A stretch of 64,000 nt of DNA from contig JAQWEN010000001.1 in the NCBI GenBank assembly GCA_028704885.1, positions 2,838 to 66,837 on the forward strand. The letters are read 5' to 3'. Below are positions 59,562 to 64,000 of this stretch, one piece after another; the stretch's first letter is position 1; each line of letters begins with the position of its first letter. The translations under genes were made by a program, and so were the position numbers. Origin of the DNA: Candidatus Shapirobacteria bacterium (GTDB taxonomy: Bacteria > Patescibacteriota > Microgenomatia > UBA12405). The notes beneath the pieces are model-generated. The model was given only the letters and a program-made list of their open reading frames with translations, did no database searches and was not told where the DNA came from.

Positions 59562-60026
59562 ATGACAACACAAAAAAAAGATTGGAAAAGGATGTTGGTG
59601 GAATTAGAAAATAAATTAGCTGAATTTTTTACTAAGAAATTACCGTCAATGCCGGATAAAGTTAAAGAAGGAATTGTAAAATATGGGCCATATCTTACGG
59701 TAATAATGATAATTTTGACGATTCCAGCAATTTTAGCGGTAATAGGAATTGGGATGGCAGCGACACCATTTGCTTTTTTGGGTGGAGTCAAAGGTGGAAT
59801 TGGATATATTATTTCGATGTTTTTGGGATTAGTAATGTTAATTTTGGAAATAATCGCCATAAAAGGATTATTTGCCAGACAAATGAAAGCTTGGAAATTG
59901 ATGTTTTATATTTCCCTAATCAGCGCTGTTTCAAACTTAATAAAATTTGATTTGGGCGGTTTGATTATTGGAACCGGAATATCGTGGTATGTGCTATTCC
60001 AAATTAGAAGCTACTATAAAAATTAG
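59562..60026 (+). CDS. Hypothetical 4-TM membrane protein
   Basis: LP..P...KE.IVK..P; YVLFQIRSYYK C-terminus. Confidence 0.65.
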   Translation: MTTQKKDWKRMLVELENKLAEFFTKKLPSMPDKVKEGIVKYGPYLTVIMIILTIPAILAVIGIGMAATPFAFLGGVKGGIGYIISMFLGLVMLILEIIAIKGLFARQMKAWKLMFYISLISAVSNLIKFDLGGLIIGTGISWYVLFQIRSYYKN

Positions 60027-61108
60027 CGGGTAATAGTAAAGGATTCGACTTCTTCTTTTAGCTTTTTAGCTTCGGGATTGTTATTGAAATAATCTCTGAC
60101 TGGAGAAATTAGTTCGTCTAGATATCTAGATAAATTATCTTTTAAGTCTAAAGGATAAATCTCCCCTTTTTGATAAGCTGATTCTAATTTGTCATAAGAA
60201 TCGAAAGTTAAATTACCACCGAATTTGGCTTCTCGATTAATTTTGACTTGAGGATATTTAGCAAAAACAATGTATTTAAAATATTCTAAAACTGGATTAA
60301 TTAAAATATCGTTTGGCGGACAATAAGCTTTTTTGATTTTGTCGTAAATTTCTTCTTTAGTATCTGTCATAAAAATGGCAGAGGTAGGATTTGATTTAGA
60401 CATTTTAAGAGCAATAGTTCGGTCTTCTTTTGAATCAGTAGAATTGAGTTTATCAATTGGCGGTTGAAGACTGATTAACATGTGATGATGAACAGCAGCG
60501 GGCTTTTTAAGACCTAATTCATCGGCAATCTGGCGAGCCAGCATATTAACCTTACGTTGATCCATTCCAAGCTGAGCAATATCGACATTTAAACTAAAAA
60601 TGTCGGCTGTCTGCATACAAGGATAAATAATTTGAGCAGCAGATAAAGTTTCTGATTCGTTTCGGCCCATGATTTGGGAACAACGAATCATACGATTGAT
60701 AGTACTAGCTTTGGCAATTTTTAAAACTAAAAGCCAATAATTGGAATCTTTGACTAAATCAGATGATCTAATAATTTCAACTTGGGAGACATCAAGACCA
60801 CAAGCCTTCCAAACTTCAATAAAATATTGACCGGTTTTTTCAATTTTGGCCATGTCTCCACCAAGTTTATTGTTGGCATAGGCGTGCCAATCAGCAACTA
60901 AAAGTTTAAATTTAATACCAGCTTGAAGAAGTTTTTGAATATTGATGGCACGGAGTAAACCTTGAGCAATATGAATTTTTCCAGATGGTTCAAAACCGTC
61001 ATAGGCGATTAATTCTTGGCCGGCTTTTAATTTGGCCTCAATTTCCTCGAGACCAATTACTTCTTCACCAACTTCTTGAATTAATTTTAATTTTTCTTGG
61101 ATATCCAT
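60023..61108 (-). CDS. tyrS: Tyrosyl-tRNA synthetase, archaeal/eukaryal type
   Basis: YDGFEPSGKIHIAQG, YPCMQTADIF, QLGMDQRKVNMLAR, KMSKS; about 360 aa with no bacterial C-terminal S4-like domain. Confidence 0.93.
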   Translation of the reverse strand: MDIQEKLKLIQEVGEEVIGLEEIEAKLKAGQELIAYDGFEPSGKIHIAQGLLRAINIQKLLQAGIKFKLLVADWHAYANNKLGGDMAKIEKTGQYFIEVWKACGLDVSQVEIIRSSDLVKDSNYWLLVLKIAKASTINRMIRCSQIMGRNESETLSAAQIIYPCMQTADIFSLNVDIAQLGMDQRKVNMLARQIADELGLKKPAAVHHHMLISLQPPIDKLNSTDSKEDRTIALKMSKSNPTSAIFMTDTKEEIYDKIKKAYCPPNDILINPVLEYFKYIVFAKYPQVKINREAKFGGNLTFDSYDKLESAYQKGEIYPLDLKDNLSRYLDELISPVRDYFNNNPEAKKLKEEVESFTITR

Positions 61109-61139
61109 GAGAGTATTATAACGTAAAATCCTCTCTTTA

Positions 61140-61208
61140 AAACCCACCCGCCCTGCGGGCACCCTCTACCCTCTCCGGGGTATCTATGGACCTTGAAAAG
61201 GGAGGGCT
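61140..61208. repeat. GC-rich palindromic repeat (REP-like) with a 24-nt internal insert
   Basis: AAACCCACCC-GCCCTGCGGGC-ACCCTC[TACCCTCTCCGGGGTATCTATGGA]CCTTGAAAAGGGAGGGCT. Confidence 0.8.
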
Positions 61209-61232
61209 AATTATTGGTTTATAATAGTTAAA

Positions 61233-61778
61233 ATGAAATTACTTATACATGCCTGCTGTGCCGATTGTTTATTAAAAATGGTGGAATCAATAAAGACGGA
61301 AAATAAATTTGAAGAAATTGAAGTTTATTATTACAATCCGAATATCCATCCCCGATCAGAATATCAATCAAGATTAAAAGCAATGCAATTGATGATTGGT
61401 GATTTAAAAATGATAATTCCAGATTGGAAGCCAAGTGAATGGTTTAATTGTTTGAAACCCACCCTACCCTCCCTTGAAAAGGGAGGGCTTAAAAAGGCTG
61501 ACCGCTGTCCAAAATGTTGGGAATTGAGATTAGAAGAGACGGCAGAATATGCCAAAAAAAATGGATTTGACTGTTTTACTTCGACCCTTTTAACCAGCGA
61601 ATATCAGAATTCAGAAATGATTGAAAAAATAGGAAAAGAAATTGGAAAGAAGTATAAAATTAATTTTTTTATTCCCGAAAATATCTGTAAAAAATTAGAA
61701 ACTAAAGGGTTTTATAAACAGGTGTTTTGCGGATGCTGCTATTCGCTTACTGAAAGATTTGAAGAAAAGTTTGGCTAA
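61233..61778 (+). CDS. queH: Epoxyqueuosine reductase QueH (DUF208)
   Basis: LLIHACCADC, YYNPNIHP..EY..R, RCPKCWELRL, FTSTL, Y.Q..CGC.YS. Confidence 0.85.
   Translation: MKLLIHACCADCLLKMVESIKTENKFEEIEVYYYNPNIHPRSEYQSRLKAMQLMIGDLKMIIPDWKPSEWFNCLKPTLPSLEKGGLKKADRCPKCWELRLEETAEYAKKNGFDCFTSTLLTSEYQNSEMIEKIGKEIGKKYKINFFIPENICKKLETKGFYKQVFCGCCYSLTERFEEKFG
61455..61489. repeat. Palindromic repeat copy inside the queH coding sequence
   Basis: AAACCCACCCTACCCTCCCTTGAAAAGGGAGGGCT; 9-bp stem with GAA loop; read as KPTLPSLEKGGL. Confidence 0.85.
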
Positions 61779-61803
61779 TTTTTTTATTAAGTTATAATAA
61801 ATC

Positions 61804-62295
61804 ATGGAAATAATAGGAGCCCAACCAGAATCTAAAATTAGCCCAATAATTAAAAATGAACTGGGAATAAAAAATTTTGAAAATATTAATAAGCTAGGTG
61901 ATGCTTTTAAAACTGAATCTGAAAAGAGACAAATTGAACTTCATTTATTATTGGTCGGAGGGATGGTTAAGCCAGAAAAAAGAGGTAAGAAACATAAAGA
62001 TGTTGATTTAGTTTTGTATTCACCCCAACTAGCCAGTGAAAATTTTCCAAAAGGTGATTGTCCAAAATTTAAAACATTTGCTTCTTTTGTTGGCGATGTC
62101 GCCAAAGAATTGGGTTGGGAAATTAAAATTGAAGAACCTTGGTTTATTGACTACGAATATAGTGGCGATGGAAAAGTGATTCTGTATCCCGATGGTGAAC
62201 CAGTTGAAGTTCTACCTGTTCGTCAGGATAAACTTTTAAATTCATTTGAAGACTATCAAAAAGCCGAGAGAGATCCTTATATAACTGTTTTTTAA
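61804..62295 (+). CDS. Hypothetical protein with nucleotidyltransferase-like motif
   Basis: LLVGG.V......HKDVDLV. Confidence 0.55.
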   Translation: MEIIGAQPESKISPIIKNELGIKNFENINKLGDAFKTESEKRQIELHLLLVGGMVKPEKRGKKHKDVDLVLYSPQLASENFPKGDCPKFKTFASFVGDVAKELGWEIKIEEPWFIDYEYSGDGKVILYPDGEPVEVLPVRQDKLLNSFEDYQKAERDPYITVF

Positions 62296-62351
62296 TTCTG
62301 TCTGAAATATTTTAAGAACTATGATGTTCCAGTTCTTTCGAACATAAGGTA

Positions 62352-63833
62352 TTATATTGCTTTCAAACCATAATAATTAAGTCTTTCAATTTTTTCTTTA
62401 GAAAAATTTTTATAGACATCGGTTCTAATAAAAAATTCACTACTTTCACTGCCTCTGTAACTGAAATCAGTATATTTTCTTAAGGTTTCAGCTAAATTTA
62501 ACCCTTCATCGCCTTTAATAATTAAATATTCCGGATTTAGTTGAAAATTATTTAACTGTTCTTTTTTCAAAAAATCCACACCAGTCATCCATTTGTAGAA
62601 AAAAATAAACCTCCCCTTTGGGCTGATTTCTGCCTGCCAATATCCTAAGACTTCATCCGGTATCGCCAATAAACTATCACTTTCATTTTTGGTGGTGCGA
62701 ATAGCTTCACTCATATTAAATATTCGGGAATAATAAATTTCAAAATCTTGTTTATAATCGGGCTTATTTAAAATTGATTCTCTATTAAGAAATAATAAAT
62801 AGATAATCGGCAATAACCCCAAAATCCACCATTTATTTTTTAAAAAATAAAAAGGAATAGTGATAATTAAAGCAACCCAGATTAATAAATGAAATCCATC
62901 ATAATAAATTTTTTGAAGTTCAAAATTTCTTAAATTAACCAAACTTAATATTAATAAAATCCAAAGTATTTTTTGCCATTTTTTTTCTTTGATTAAAAAT
63001 AATAATAAAATAAATAAAATTAAAATAAAAAATTTGACTAATAATATTTCAGGTAAATTTAATCCATCTTTTAAATAAAAAAATGGAGTAATTAAAGATT
63101 TTATGGTTGATATTATTAAATTGCCACCACCAGCAATCGAAATATAATACTTTTGATTAATTAATATGGCATTTTCAAAATAACCACTGATGTTAATGAA
63201 ACAAAGTGTAATTGCGGAAACTAGAGCTCCACCACCAATCATTAAGCCAATATTTTTCGCTTTTTTTCTATATCTCCAACAAAAAGTTAAAATCATTAAA
63301 GCCAACACCGGCCACATTGGAGCCAAAGTTATGCCAACAATGCCAGCGATTAATCCCCAAAAAAAAGGTTCATTTTTGGCTAATTTATTTTCTAAAAAAC
63401 TTAAAACTAAATATATCATTGGAGCTATTACTAATGATTCAGCCAGAAAAAGACTGCCTAAATATTTGTTTTTGATTAATTCTAAAATCATCATGGCTCC
63501 GATCATTTGAAAACCAAAGCGCCAGGTAATAAAAATAATCCAAACAATTGACCATAAAATAATAAATTGTCGATGGCGTTTAATAAGAATTTCGATTGAA
63601 TTTGGTTTAGTTATTTTTTGAATTGCTGCACTTAAAATATAGGTTCCTGGTTGGTGGTGAGAAAAAATATTAGTATAGATTTTATTACCATTAATCAGGT
63701 TTTTAGCGACGACAAAATTATCCTGTTCATCGACAAAATTTGGTTTTAATAAATTTTGTTGCTGAACTAAAAATATAGTAAAAAAACAAAGAATTAAAAT
63801 AATAATTTTCCACCATTGATATTTTTTAATCAT
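62352..63833 (-). CDS. GT-C-like polytopic membrane glycosyltransferase
   Basis: FVDEQDN..A..L..G..IY..IFSHHQP, FLAESL; many TM helices. Confidence 0.65.
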   Translation of the reverse strand: MIKKYQWWKIIILILCFFTIFLVQQQNLLKPNFVDEQDNFVVAKNLINGNKIYTNIFSHHQPGTYILSAAIQKITKPNSIEILIKRHRQFIILWSIVWIIFITWRFGFQMIGAMMILELIKNKYLGSLFLAESLVIAPMIYLVLSFLENKLAKNEPFFWGLIAGIVGITLAPMWPVLALMILTFCWRYRKKAKNIGLMIGGGALVSAITLCFINISGYFENAILINQKYYISIAGGGNLIISTIKSLITPFFYLKDGLNLPEILLVKFFILILFILLLFLIKEKKWQKILWILLILSLVNLRNFELQKIYYDGFHLLIWVALIITIPFYFLKNKWWILGLLPIIYLLFLNRESILNKPDYKQDFEIYYSRIFNMSEAIRTTKNESDSLLAIPDEVLGYWQAEISPKGRFIFFYKWMTGVDFLKKEQLNNFQLNPEYLIIKGDEGLNLAETLRKYTDFSYRGSESSEFFIRTDVYKNFSKEKIERLNYYGLKAI

Positions 63834-64000
63834 CTTACAATTAATGGATTTAATTTAAATATATAAATTACAAAAAATATCGATAATATTGTCAAAAAAT
63901 ATCTAAGCTTTTTGGATAATATTTTATTAAATAGAAATACTAATCCAATTTCAATAATTGGATAGATTATTATCCAAGACCACCAATTATTCCAAATCCA
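63830..64000 (-). CDS. 3' end of a membrane-protein gene truncated by the window edge
   Basis: Open frame ...WIWNNWWSWIIIYP...KLNPLIVR* ending in an ATGA overlap with the next gene. Confidence 0.6.
   Translation of the reverse strand, partial: WIWNNWWSWIIIYPIIEIGLVFLFNKILSKKLRYFLTILSIFFVIYIFKLNPLIVR

Noticed and set aside
61109-61162. TyrRS N-terminal extension MPAGRVGF
   Set aside because: It derives from the repeat and promoter; ATG 61108 lies 6 nt after TATAAT

Overview
A very AT-rich, gene-dense bacterial chromosome segment using standard genetic code 11 (TGA acts as stop). Gene content and style point to a CPR/Patescibacteria genome, most likely Microgenomates; this is inference, not a database result. 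It holds about 70 CDS: sugar-phosphate clusters (rpiB-pgk-gap-rpe, split transketolase-fba-pfkB, eno-gpmA), envelope genes (two class A PBPs, WecA/MraY-like, several GT-C/GT2, MBOAT+AlgJ, FemAB-like), groES-groEL with a CIRCE-like operator, ispH, a MacAB-like exporter with its OmpR/HK pair, a heterodimeric ABC exporter and an archaeal/eukaryal-type TyrRS. Six tRNA genes (Tyr-GTA, Cys-GCA, Ser-GCT, Arg-GCG, Ser-CGA, Ser-GGA) all lack an encoded CCA. I saw no rRNA, CRISPR, transposase or integrase. Most interesting signals: (1) a tRNA-Tyr with archaeal identity (C1:G72, short variable loop) whose body resembles this genome's own tRNA-Cys; (2) small gene cassettes downstream of tRNA-Ser(GGA) separated by degenerate tRNA-3'-end-like repeats; (3) a candidate leader-peptide attenuator upstream of a DUF2798-like gene; (4) a GC-rich palindromic repeat family found between genes, with a nested 24-nt insert in one copy, and in frame inside QueH; (5) pervasive leaderless, often bidirectional -10 promoters. 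All family assignments come from reading motifs, not from searches.
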